Source of the DNA: an uncultured Gemmatimonadales bacterium
GTDB lineage: Bacteria > Gemmatimonadota > Gemmatimonadetes > Gemmatimonadales > GWC2-71-9
Length of the DNA: 64,000 nt
Assembly: GCA_963771275.1 (NCBI GenBank)
Contig: CAVYSW010000010.1
Location: forward strand, 288,001-352,000
Reading direction: 5' to 3'
Made by a program: the position numbers and the translations under genes. Shown piece after piece: positions 42,466 to 51,249 of this stretch. The notes under the pieces were generated by a model that made no database searches, had not been told where the DNA came from, and saw only the letters and a program-made list of their open reading frames with translations. How positions within the stretch are numbered: the first letter of the stretch is position 1; each line of letters opens with the position of its first letter.

Positions 42466-42539
42466 GTGCTGCGTGCCGCGCGCACCGTGCAGCGTGACCG
42501 CCGAGGATGGGTAGTCACGCTGGACGCTGGACGCTGGAC
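42466..42539. repeat. Inverted heptamer-tandem element (GTGCAGC family)
   Basis: GTGCTGC GTGCCGC GCGCACC GTGCAGC GTGAC ... GTCAC GCTGGAC x3. Confidence 0.75.
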
Positions 42540-42557
42540 CCCACTCGGCGAAGCCCC

Positions 42558-45281
42558 GTGAGCGAGATCCCCTCGCGCCTCGCCAGCGCCCTCGCCGACC
42601 GCTACCGCATCGACCGAGAGCTCGGCGCCGGCGGCATGGCCACGGTGTATCTCGCCCACGACGTGAAGCACGATCGCAAGGTCGCGCTCAAGGTGCTGAG
42701 GCCCGAGCTCGCCGCCGTGCTCGGCGCTGAGCGCTTCGTGGTCGAGATCAAGACCACTGCGGCGCTTCAGCACCCCCACATCCTGCCGCTGTACGACAGC
42801 GGCAGAGCGGCAGGAGGGGCAGGAGGGGTCGGGGGCGCGGGTGAGTTCCTCTTCTACGTCATGCCCTATGTCGAGGGGGAGACCCTACGCGAGAAGCTCA
42901 GTCGCGAGACGCAGCTGTCGATTGACGAGGCGGTCCGGATCACCACCGACGTGGCCGATGCCCTCGCCTATGCCCATCGGCACGGGGTGATTCACCGGGA
43001 TATCAAGCCCGAGAACATCCTGCTGCACGACGGCCGGCCGATGGTGGCCGACTTCGGGATCGCCCTGGCGGTGAGCGCCGCGGCGGGCGGGCGGATGACC
43101 GAAACCGGCCTCTCGCTCGGGACGCCGCACTACATGAGTCCCGAGCAGGCGACGGCCGAGAAGGACCTCACGGGGCGGTCCGATCTCTACTCGCTTGGCG
43201 CGGTGCTGTACGAGATGCTGACGGGGAACCCGCCGCACACGGGTGCCTCGGCGCAGCAGATCATCATGAAGATCGTGACGGAGGAGGCGGCACCCGTCAC
43301 GAACGCCCGCAAGTCGGTGCCGCCGCACGTGGCGGCCGCGGTGGCGAAGGTCCTCGAGAAGCTGCCGGCGGATCGGTTCGCGACCGCCCACGAGTTCGCC
43401 GAGGCGCTGCAGGGCAGGGGCGGCGTGCCGTCCCCGGGCTGGACCGCGGCCGGGCGCGCGGCGCAGGGCCGCCCGCCGGTGGCGGCCCGCTGGCGCGCCC
43501 GCCTGCGCGATCCGCTCGTCGCCGGGCCGTCCCTCGTGGCCGTGGCGGCGCTCGCGGCCGCGATCGGGCTCGCACGACGACCGGATGCACCCGCGCCCGT
43601 TCCCCCCATCCGGTTCGTCTTGGCCGCGACCGACAGCGCGAAGCCGGCGGACAACTTCCCGTGGCCGGCGGCGATCTCACCCGATGGCGGCACGGTCGTC
43701 TACTCCGTGGCGCAGGGCGCGGCCAGCTCGATGTTCTACGTGCTCCGGACCGACCAGTTGGAGGGACGTCCGATTCCGGGAACGGCGGATGCGTATCAAC
43801 CGTTCTTCTCGCCCGATGGCGCGTGGCTCGGATTCGAGCAGTCGGGCAAGGAGCGCAAGGTGCGGCTCGACGGCAGTGCGCCGGTGACGATTGTCGACGC
43901 CAGCGGCGCAAACGGCGCCGACTGGGGGGTCGGCGACGAGATCGTGCTTGGCGCCCAGGGTCGCTTCCATGGCCTGTCGCAGGTGAGCGCCGCCGGGGGT
44001 GAGGCGGTCGCGCTCACCCAGCCCGACACGGCGCACGGCGAAACCGATCATCTCTGGCCCATCGCCCTGCCCGATGGGAAGACGATCGCGTTCACGATCT
44101 GGTCGGGCAGTCTTGCCGCCGCTCGGCTTGGGCTCACTTCCCTCAATGACGGCGCGGTGGTGCCACTCGGCATCCCGGGGATCCGCCCGCTGACGGTGCT
44201 CGACGGCATGCTGCTCTACGTCCAGGCCGACGGAGCGGTGATGGCGGTCTCGCTGGATGGGCGCCGCAAGCGAACCAACGGGAGACCGATTCCCGTGCAC
44301 GATCCCATCCCGGTCGGGGCCGGCAACAACGGCAATTCCGGGATCTTCATCTCGCGTGGCGGGGCGATGGTGACGGCCCGCGGCGGCACGCGCGGTCGGC
44401 TGGTCTGGGTGTCGCGCGATGGGCGCGCGCAGCCGGTGCTGCCGCAGCCGCGCGGCTTCACGTTCCCGCGGCTCTCGCCCGACGAGCGCCGCATCGCGGT
44501 CGTGGTGTCGGAAGACCAGAAGAGCGATGTCTGGATCTACGATCTGACCCTCGCGACGTTCTCGCGGCTGACATCCGCCGAGACGGTGACGTCCGTGGAG
44601 TGGGGCGCGGACGGCTCGCGCGTGCTGTTCGCGGCGGTCGGGGAGGAGACGCGCGCCGCGGTCTGGTCGCAGCCGGCCTCCGGTGGATCGGCGGCCGAGA
44701 AGCTCTTCGAGCACGCGCTGCTGACGCCCGTGGCGACGATGTCGCCCGACGGCCAGTCGCTCCTCCTGCAATCCCTCAACGAATCCTCCTGGGACATCTT
44801 CCGCGTCCCGCTCGATTCGCAGCGCGTTGCGCGAAGCTACCTCGCGACGAAGGCGCAGGAGACGGCGCCGCGATTCTCCCCGGACGGCCACTGGGTGGCC
44901 TTCGAGTCGGACGAATCGGGCCGCACGGAAGTGTACGTCCGCTCATTCCCCGATCCGTCGTCGAAGGTGCAGATCTCGGTGGCTGGCGGGAGCAGGCCGG
45001 CGTGGTCCCCCGATGGTCAGCGGCTCTACTACCGATGGGGCTCCCTGTTGCTCGCGGCGAGAATCTCATTCACGCCGACGTTCACGCTGCTGGGGAGGGA
45101 CACCGTCCTCTCCAACGTGACCTTCCCGAGCCTCAACTATTCGGGGAACTACGAGGTGACGCGCGACGGCAGGCGGATTCTCGCGGTCGTGCCGGATCGG
45201 GACGACTACGGGCTGGTCGTGTCCCCCAACTGGATCACCGAGTTCCGCCGGCGCGTCGCCGAGAGCGGTGGGAGGCGGTAG
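42558..45281 (+). CDS. Ser/Thr protein kinase, TM helix, TolB-like beta-propeller (K5)
   Basis: GTG start (VSEIPSRLASALADRY), intact kinase motifs, TM LVAVAALAAAIGLA and PD40 blades. Confidence 0.94.
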   Translation: MSEIPSRLASALADRYRIDRELGAGGMATVYLAHDVKHDRKVALKVLRPELAAVLGAERFVVEIKTTAALQHPHILPLYDSGRAAGGAGGVGGAGEFLFYVMPYVEGETLREKLSRETQLSIDEAVRITTDVADALAYAHRHGVIHRDIKPENILLHDGRPMVADFGIALAVSAAAGGRMTETGLSLGTPHYMSPEQATAEKDLTGRSDLYSLGAVLYEMLTGNPPHTGASAQQIIMKIVTEEAAPVTNARKSVPPHVAAAVAKVLEKLPADRFATAHEFAEALQGRGGVPSPGWTAAGRAAQGRPPVAARWRARLRDPLVAGPSLVAVAALAAAIGLARRPDAPAPVPPIRFVLAATDSAKPADNFPWPAAISPDGGTVVYSVAQGAASSMFYVLRTDQLEGRPIPGTADAYQPFFSPDGAWLGFEQSGKERKVRLDGSAPVTIVDASGANGADWGVGDEIVLGAQGRFHGLSQVSAAGGEAVALTQPDTAHGETDHLWPIALPDGKTIAFTIWSGSLAAARLGLTSLNDGAVVPLGIPGIRPLTVLDGMLLYVQADGAVMAVSLDGRRKRTNGRPIPVHDPIPVGAGNNGNSGIFISRGGAMVTARGGTRGRLVWVSRDGRAQPVLPQPRGFTFPRLSPDERRIAVVVSEDQKSDVWIYDLTLATFSRLTSAETVTSVEWGADGSRVLFAAVGEETRAAVWSQPASGGSAAEKLFEHALLTPVATMSPDGQSLLLQSLNESSWDIFRVPLDSQRVARSYLATKAQETAPRFSPDGHWVAFESDESGRTEVYVRSFPDPSSKVQISVAGGSRPAWSPDGQRLYYRWGSLLLAARISFTPTFTLLGRDTVLSNVTFPSLNYSGNYEVTRDGRRILAVVPDRDDYGLVVSPNWITEFRRRVAESGGRR

Positions 45282-45328
45282 CGCATGGGTGGCTCTGCTC
45301 GCGAGATCACCATGACTCGGAGACTGGG

Positions 45329-46471
45329 ATGATACGACGTCGCTGGAGCCTCCCGATCGTGACGGTTGCCGTCCTGACCGCCTGTGCGCCTTCTTCGACC
45401 GGTGGCAACGCGCCGCCGCCCGCCACCCGCACCTACTACGTCGCCGCCGACGAGGTGGACTGGGACTACGCGGCCGGCGAGGATCGCAACCTGGTCACCG
45501 GCCAGCCGTACGACAGCGTCGCGCGGGTGTTCGTCGGGAGCGGGCCGACCGACATCGGCCGGGTGTATCGCAAGGCCGTGTACCGCGAGTACACCGACTC
45601 GACCTTCACCACGCTGAAGGCGCGCGCTCCGGCCTGGGAGCACCTCGGGATCCTCGGCCCGCTGCTGCGCGCCGTCGTGGGAGACACGTTGCGGATCGTG
45701 TTCTTGAACCGCGCCCGCTTCCCGGCCAGCGTGCATCCGCACGGCGTGTTCTACGCCAAGGACGCGGAGGGAGCGCCGTACGCCGACTCGACCGGCGGCG
45801 CCGACAAGGCCGACGACGGGGTGCCGACCGGCGGCACGCATGTCTACGTCTGGCCCGTTCCGGAGCGGGCCGGCCCCGGCCCCGGTGACCCGAGCTCCGT
45901 GATGTGGATGTATCACTCGCACGTCAACGACGAGCGCGACGTCGATGCCGGACTCGTCGGGCCGATCATCGTCACGGCGCGGCGGGCCGCCCGCGCCGAC
46001 GGCACGCCCAAGGACGTCGATCGCGAGCTCGTGGTCGCGTTCGCCGAGTTCGACGAGAACCAGAGCTGGTACCTCGCCGACAACGTCACGGCGCACGTCG
46101 GCGATCCCGCCAAGGTGAGGATCGTCAAGACGCCGTTCGGGGAGGACGCCCAGGAGCCCGGCGGGAGCGGCAACTTCAAGGAGTCAATGAACGGCTACCT
46201 GTTCGGTCACCTGCCCGGGCTGCGCATGCGGGTGGGCGAGCGGGTGCGCTGGTACCTGATGGCCACCACGGGCTTCGAGTTCCACGCGCCGCACTGGCAC
46301 GGCAACACCGTGCTGGTGAACGGCATGCGCACGGACGTGACCGCGCTGCTCCCCATGGGGATGCTCGCGGCCGACATGGTGCCCGACGATCCCGGCACGT
46401 GGCTGTTCCACTGTCACGTCGGTCCCCACCTCCAGGCGGGCATGGAGGCGCTCTACCATGTGGCGCCCTGA
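45329..46471 (+). CDS. Two-domain multicopper oxidase lipoprotein (ceruloplasmin-like)
   Basis: Lipobox LTAC; HPHG, YHSH, HAPHWHG and HCHVGPHLQAGM copper motifs. Confidence 0.9.
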   Translation: MIRRRWSLPIVTVAVLTACAPSSTGGNAPPPATRTYYVAADEVDWDYAAGEDRNLVTGQPYDSVARVFVGSGPTDIGRVYRKAVYREYTDSTFTTLKARAPAWEHLGILGPLLRAVVGDTLRIVFLNRARFPASVHPHGVFYAKDAEGAPYADSTGGADKADDGVPTGGTHVYVWPVPERAGPGPGDPSSVMWMYHSHVNDERDVDAGLVGPIIVTARRAARADGTPKDVDRELVVAFAEFDENQSWYLADNVTAHVGDPAKVRIVKTPFGEDAQEPGGSGNFKESMNGYLFGHLPGLRMRVGERVRWYLMATTGFEFHAPHWHGNTVLVNGMRTDVTALLPMGMLAADMVPDDPGTWLFHCHVGPHLQAGMEALYHVAP

Positions 46472-46501
46472 GAAGCACGCTGCACGGCGCCAGGAGGAAC
46501 C

Positions 46502-47356
46502 ATGACCGCACCGCGCGCGCCCCAGGATGCGGACATCGACGTGTACGGGCTCACGCACGTCGGCAACGTCCGCAAGGAGAACCAGGATCACTTCCTGATC
46601 GCCGCCCTGCACAAGCAGATGGTGGTGCAGAGCACGAGCCTGCCGGCCGACGTCCCCCTGCCGGTGGATCCCGAGCGCCTGGCGTCGCTCGCCATGGTGG
46701 CGGACGGCGTGGGGAGCGGCGCGGGGGAGGAAGCGAGCCGCCTGGCGCTCCAGGCGGTGGCGCAGTACGTGGCGCAGAGCACTCAGACGTTCTACACGTC
46801 GGACGCGACCGAGCCCGCGGCGTTCGCGGAGCTGCTGTCTGACGCCGCGATGCGCTGCCACCAGAGCCTGCTCGAGCGCGCCGAGCAGGAGGGCCGGCCC
46901 GGCCGGTTCGCGACGACGCTCACGCTGTGGCTCGGCCTGTGGCCCCAGGCATACCTGCTGCAGGTCGGGGACAGCCGCTGCTACCTCTATCGGGACGGGC
47001 GCCTCACGCAGATCTCCCGCGACCAGACGATGGCGGAGGACCTGGTGGACCAGGGGGTGCTGACGCGCACCAATGCCTTCCGCACACGCTGGGCCCACGT
47101 GCTCTCAAGCGCGATCGGCGGGCAGCAGGCGGCCCCCGTCGTCACCCGGATCGTGCGCGACTGGGGGGCGATCGTGCTGCTGTGCAGCGACGGCCTCACG
47201 AAGCACGTGTCCGACGAGCGGATCACCGAGCGGCTCGCGGCGCTGACCAGCTCGCGGCAGGCGTGCGAGGCGCTGCTCCAGGACGCGCTCGATGACGGCG
47301 GGACCGACAACGTCACGGTCGTGATCGGTCGCACCGTGCCGCGGAGCGGTCCCTGA
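46502..47356 (+). CDS. PP2C/PPM Ser/Thr protein phosphatase
   Basis: THVGNVRKENQD, VADGVG, VGDSRCY, LCSDGL and GGTDNVTV. Confidence 0.93.
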   Translation: MTAPRAPQDADIDVYGLTHVGNVRKENQDHFLIAALHKQMVVQSTSLPADVPLPVDPERLASLAMVADGVGSGAGEEASRLALQAVAQYVAQSTQTFYTSDATEPAAFAELLSDAAMRCHQSLLERAEQEGRPGRFATTLTLWLGLWPQAYLLQVGDSRCYLYRDGRLTQISRDQTMAEDLVDQGVLTRTNAFRTRWAHVLSSAIGGQQAAPVVTRIVRDWGAIVLLCSDGLTKHVSDERITERLAALTSSRQACEALLQDALDDGGTDNVTVVIGRTVPRSGP

Positions 47357-47393
47357 ATCCCACGTTCGTGCTGCGCTGACCACGGAGGAGATC

Positions 47394-47753
47394 ATGACGG
47401 TCCGACATGCAGACCAGGTCCCGGCTGAGCCCGTGCGGGCCGGCACCGGAACCACCCGTCAAGTCCTGATCGGTCCCGAGGAGGGGCCGCACTTCGCGCT
47501 GCGGCGCTTCATCATGCAGCCGGGCGGCGGCATGCCGGCGCACACCAATACGGTGGAGCACGAGCAGTACGTATTGCGCGGCCACGCCACCATCGGCATC
47601 GGCGCGGACGTGATCGAGGTCCACGCCGGCCACGTCGTGTTCATCCCGGCCGGCACGCCGCACTGGTACCGCGCGCATGGGACGGAGCCGTTCGAATTCT
47701 TGTGCGTCGTACCGAACCAGACGGACACGATCGACATCCTGAAGCGGTCCTGA
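47394..47753 (+). CDS. Cupin domain protein
   Basis: PAHTNTVEHEQYVLRG and FIPAGTPHWY; GGAGG RBS. Confidence 0.9.
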   Translation: MTVRHADQVPAEPVRAGTGTTRQVLIGPEEGPHFALRRFIMQPGGGMPAHTNTVEHEQYVLRGHATIGIGADVIEVHAGHVVFIPAGTPHWYRAHGTEPFEFLCVVPNQTDTIDILKRS

Positions 47754-47822
47754 CCGCGCGCCTTCAGGTTGGCGGTGGGCTGCACCAACGCCGAGATTGT
47801 ACTGTCTCGAGAGGAGCCGGCA

Positions 47823-48167
47823 ATGATCCAGATCCAGGTGGTCCCGCGGGCGGGCGTGGATGCCTTCGTCCTGCTCCGCGCCAAGGTCCTGCACGAGGCC
47901 ACGACGTGGTACTGGAGCAACAAGGCGCACACCCGGTTGCGGCACCTGCAGTCGGCCGGGCATATCGACGTGGCCAACGCGGGCGGCGTGCTCGTGGCGC
48001 GCGTGAGGCCGAAGGATGCGCGCGACATCTTCTACCTGGCGGAGAAGTTCATGGGCCGCCTGGTCGCCTGGTTCGAGGCGGAGCTGGCAGCCATCCACCT
48101 GCAGTTCCTCGACGAGGCGGCGCCACCCAAGCGGCGCAAGCGGGCGACGACGAAGCGGCGTCGCTGA
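47823..48167 (+). CDS. Hypothetical protein
   Basis: GAGGAG RBS, host-like codon usage and a basic C-terminal tail. Confidence 0.7.
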   Translation: MIQIQVVPRAGVDAFVLLRAKVLHEATTWYWSNKAHTRLRHLQSAGHIDVANAGGVLVARVRPKDARDIFYLAEKFMGRLVAWFEAELAAIHLQFLDEAAPPKRRKRATTKRRR

Positions 48168-48182
48168 GCCGCGCGCTCCGCG

Positions 48183-49469
48183 CTACACGGCCTTGCGGAA
48201 CTGCTCCTCTTCGGTGGAGCCGTGCATCGCGAGCACCGACGAATGGCCCTGCGTCACCGTCTCCGTCACGGCGTCGAAGTAGCCGGCGCCCACGAACTGC
48301 TGGTGCTGGACCGCCTCGTACCCTGCGGCCTCGGCCGTGAACTCCCGCTCCTGCAGCGCCGCGTAAGCCGCCATGCCCCGCTCGCGGTACTGCGTCGCCA
48401 GGTCGAACATCGCGTAGTTGATCGCGTGGAAGCCGGACAGGGTGACGAACTGGAACCGGTAGCCCAGCCGTCCCAGGTCGTCCTGGAAGCTCGCGATCTG
48501 CGCGGTCGACAGGTTCCGCTTCCAGTTGAAGGACGGTGAGCAGTTGTAAGCGAGCAGCTTGCCCGGGAAGTCCGCGTGGATCGCCTCGCTGAACTGCCGC
48601 GCCTCCGCGAAATCCGGCCTCGAGGTCTCGAACCACAGCACGTCGGCGTACGGGGCGTACGCCAGCGCCCGCGCGATCGCCTGCGCGATGCCGCTCCGCA
48701 CGCAGGCGAAGCCCTCGGGCGTGCGCTCGCCGGTGACGAACGGGCGGTCGTACGGGTCGATGTCGTTGGCGAGGATCGTGGCGCTCAGCGCGTCGGTCCG
48801 GGCGATCAGGATCGTGTCCACGCCGCACACGTCGGCAGCGAGCCGTGCGGCCACGAGCTTGTTGATGAACTCGCTCGTCGGCACCAGCACCTTGCCGCCC
48901 AGGTGGCCGCATTTCTTGAGCGAGGCGAGCTGGTCCTCGAGATGCACGCCGGCCGCCCCGGCCTCGATCAGGTGCTTCATCAGCTCGAAGGCATTGAGCA
49001 GGCCGCCGAACCCCGCCTCCGCGTCGGCCACGATCGGAACCAGCCAGTCCACGCCGGCGTCGCCGCGCTGGTGGTGAATCTGGTCCGCGCGGCGCAGGGC
49101 GTTGTTGAGCCGCCGCACGAGCGCGGGGACGCTGTCGGCCGGATACAGGCTCTGGTCCGGATAGACCTCGCCGGCGGTGTTCATGTCCCCGGCGACCTGC
49201 CAGCCCGAGAGGTAGATCGCTTCGAGGCCGGCCCGCACCTGTTGAATGGCCTGGTTGCCCGTGACGGCGCTCAGCACCGCGGTCGGCGCCTCGCGCTGCA
49301 TCAGCTCCCACAGGCGCGCGGCCCCCCGCCGGGCCAGCGAGTGCTCGATGTCGACCGATCCGCGCAGCCGCCACACCGCCTCCGCGGAATAGGGCCGCGT
49401 GATGCCGCGCCACCGGGCGTCCGTCCGCCAGCGGCGCTCGCGGTCGGCGAGAAAGGTCTGCTTGTTCAT
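48183..49469 (-). CDS. aceA: Isocitrate lyase
   Basis: KKCGH catalytic motif, [27 protein letters not shown] and [11 protein letters not shown]. Confidence 0.97.
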   Translation of the reverse strand: MNKQTFLADRERRWRTDARWRGITRPYSAEAVWRLRGSVDIEHSLARRGAARLWELMQREAPTAVLSAVTGNQAIQQVRAGLEAIYLSGWQVAGDMNTAGEVYPDQSLYPADSVPALVRRLNNALRRADQIHHQRGDAGVDWLVPIVADAEAGFGGLLNAFELMKHLIEAGAAGVHLEDQLASLKKCGHLGGKVLVPTSEFINKLVAARLAADVCGVDTILIARTDALSATILANDIDPYDRPFVTGERTPEGFACVRSGIAQAIARALAYAPYADVLWFETSRPDFAEARQFSEAIHADFPGKLLAYNCSPSFNWKRNLSTAQIASFQDDLGRLGYRFQFVTLSGFHAINYAMFDLATQYRERGMAAYAALQEREFTAEAAGYEAVQHQQFVGAGYFDAVTETVTQGHSSVLAMHGSTEEEQFRKAV

Positions 49470-49494
49470 GGTCGTCGTTCCTGTGGGGATGGAG

Positions 49495-51096
49495 TCAGTC
49501 GATGTGGTCGTAGGCGATCGTCGTGAGCCATTCGGGGCAGGCGTCCGCCGTCATCAGGCGCTCGAACAGCTCCGCCCCAAGCGGGAACCGCGTATCGGCA
49601 TAGCCGGCGCTCAGCTCGCGGCGCAGCGCGGCGAGCACGTCCTGGACGGTCGCGGCGACGAGCGCGGCGTCCACCGTGCGTCCGTCCGTCAGGCGCACGC
49701 CGTGCCGCACCCACTGCCAGACCTGCGTCCGGGAGATCTCGGCCGTCGCGGCGTCTTCCATCAGGTTGTAGATCGGCACGCAGCCGGTACCCCGCAGCCA
49801 TGCCTCGAGGTAGCGCACCCCCACGTCCACGTTGTGCCGCAACCCCTCCGCGGTGATCGTGCCGTCGGGGACGGTCAGCAGGTCTCGCGCCGTTACCCGC
49901 ACCTCGTCCCGGAGGCGGTCGATCTGGTTGGGCGCCGGCATGCCGTCGTCGAAGATCGCGCGGGCGACGGGCACCAGCGCCGGATGCGCGACCCAGGTGC
50001 CGTCATGTCCGGCGCGCACCTCCCGCAGCTTGTCCTGGCGCACCTTCTCGAGCGCCCGCGCGCTGGCCTCGGGGTCGTCCCGGATCGGGATCTGCGCCGC
50101 CATCCCTCCCATCGCGTGGATGCCGCGCCGGTGGCAGGTGCGGATCAGCAGGTCGACGTAGGACTTGAGGAAGTGCCGGTCCATCGTCACCTGCCCGCGA
50201 TCCGGCAGGACGAAATCGGCACGATCGGCGAACGTCTTGATGAATGAGAAGATGTAGTCCCACCGCCCGCAGTTGAGGCCGGCGGAATGCTCCCGGAGCT
50301 CCCAGAGGATCTCGTCCATCTGGAATGCGGTCAGGATGTTCTCGATCAGCACGGTTGCCCGGATCGATCCCTGCGGGATCCCCAGCGCGTCCTGCGCGAA
50401 GCGGAACACGTCGTTCCACAGCCGTGCCTCGAGGTAGTGCTCGAGCTTGGGGAGGTAGAAATACGGCCCCGTGCCCCGCGCGAGCTGCTCCTGGGCGTTG
50501 TGGAAGAAGAACAGCCCGAAGTCGAACAGGCCGCCGGCGACGGGGGCGCCGTCGACGTGGCAGTGCCGCTCGACGAGATGCCAGCCGCGTGGCCGCACGA
50601 ACAGCACCGCCGTGCTGGGGTTCAGGCTGTACGCCTTGCCCTCGGGGCTGGTGAACGCGATCGTGCGGCGGACGGCGTCGCGCAGGTTGACCTGCCCGTC
50701 CAGGTTGTTGGCCCAGGTCGGGCTGTTCGAGTCCTCGAAGTCCGCCATGTAGACCGATGCGCCCGAGTTGAGCGCGTTGATGATCATCTTGCGGTCGACG
50801 GGCCCGGTGATCTCGACCCGGCGATCCTGCAGATCGTCGGGAATCGGCGCGACCGTCCAGTCGCGGCGCCGGATCTCGACCGTCTCGGGCGGGAAGACGG
50901 GCAGGGCACCGGACCGGAGGCGGGCGCGGATGTCCGCCCGCGCGGCAAGCAGCCCGCGGCGGCGCGGCTCGAATCGGCGATGCAGCTCGGCGACGAAGCC
51001 GAGCGCGTCGGGCGAGAGCAGGTCGGCGTGAAGGCCCTCCGGCGGGCGGACGAGACGCACGCCAGCCGGACGGGTCGAGACATGTGGCTGGGACAC
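49495..51096 (-). CDS. aceB: Malate synthase A
   Basis: [31 protein letters not shown] and [14 protein letters not shown] at 51096 with GGAG upstream; the 1162-aa ORF is over-extended. Confidence 0.96.
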   Translation of the reverse strand: MSQPHVSTRPAGVRLVRPPEGLHADLLSPDALGFVAELHRRFEPRRRGLLAARADIRARLRSGALPVFPPETVEIRRRDWTVAPIPDDLQDRRVEITGPVDRKMIINALNSGASVYMADFEDSNSPTWANNLDGQVNLRDAVRRTIAFTSPEGKAYSLNPSTAVLFVRPRGWHLVERHCHVDGAPVAGGLFDFGLFFFHNAQEQLARGTGPYFYLPKLEHYLEARLWNDVFRFAQDALGIPQGSIRATVLIENILTAFQMDEILWELREHSAGLNCGRWDYIFSFIKTFADRADFVLPDRGQVTMDRHFLKSYVDLLIRTCHRRGIHAMGGMAAQIPIRDDPEASARALEKVRQDKLREVRAGHDGTWVAHPALVPVARAIFDDGMPAPNQIDRLRDEVRVTARDLLTVPDGTITAEGLRHNVDVGVRYLEAWLRGTGCVPIYNLMEDAATAEISRTQVWQWVRHGVRLTDGRTVDAALVAATVQDVLAALRRELSAGYADTRFPLGAELFERLMTADACPEWLTTIAYDHID

Positions 51097-51249
51097 TGGC
51101 TCGCTCCGGTTGTCTATGGTGCTGATACCCCGCCAGCTGGCGCATGGAGCGTGCCGGGGGATCTCGTGGCGATGCCGCGACAGCGCGAGCACGTCGGCGC
51201 GGACTTTGCCCGCTCGACGGTACCGGTTCCCCGAGATGTGGACGAGATC

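Noticed and set aside
31888..45281. Diversity-generating retroelement acting on the kinase ectodomains
   Set aside because: No reverse transcriptase and no template/variable repeat pair differing at adenines was seen.
44600..45328. N-terminal extension of the multicopper oxidase (623-aa ORF)
   Set aside because: It overlaps K5 in another frame; the lipoprotein signal begins at ATG 45329.
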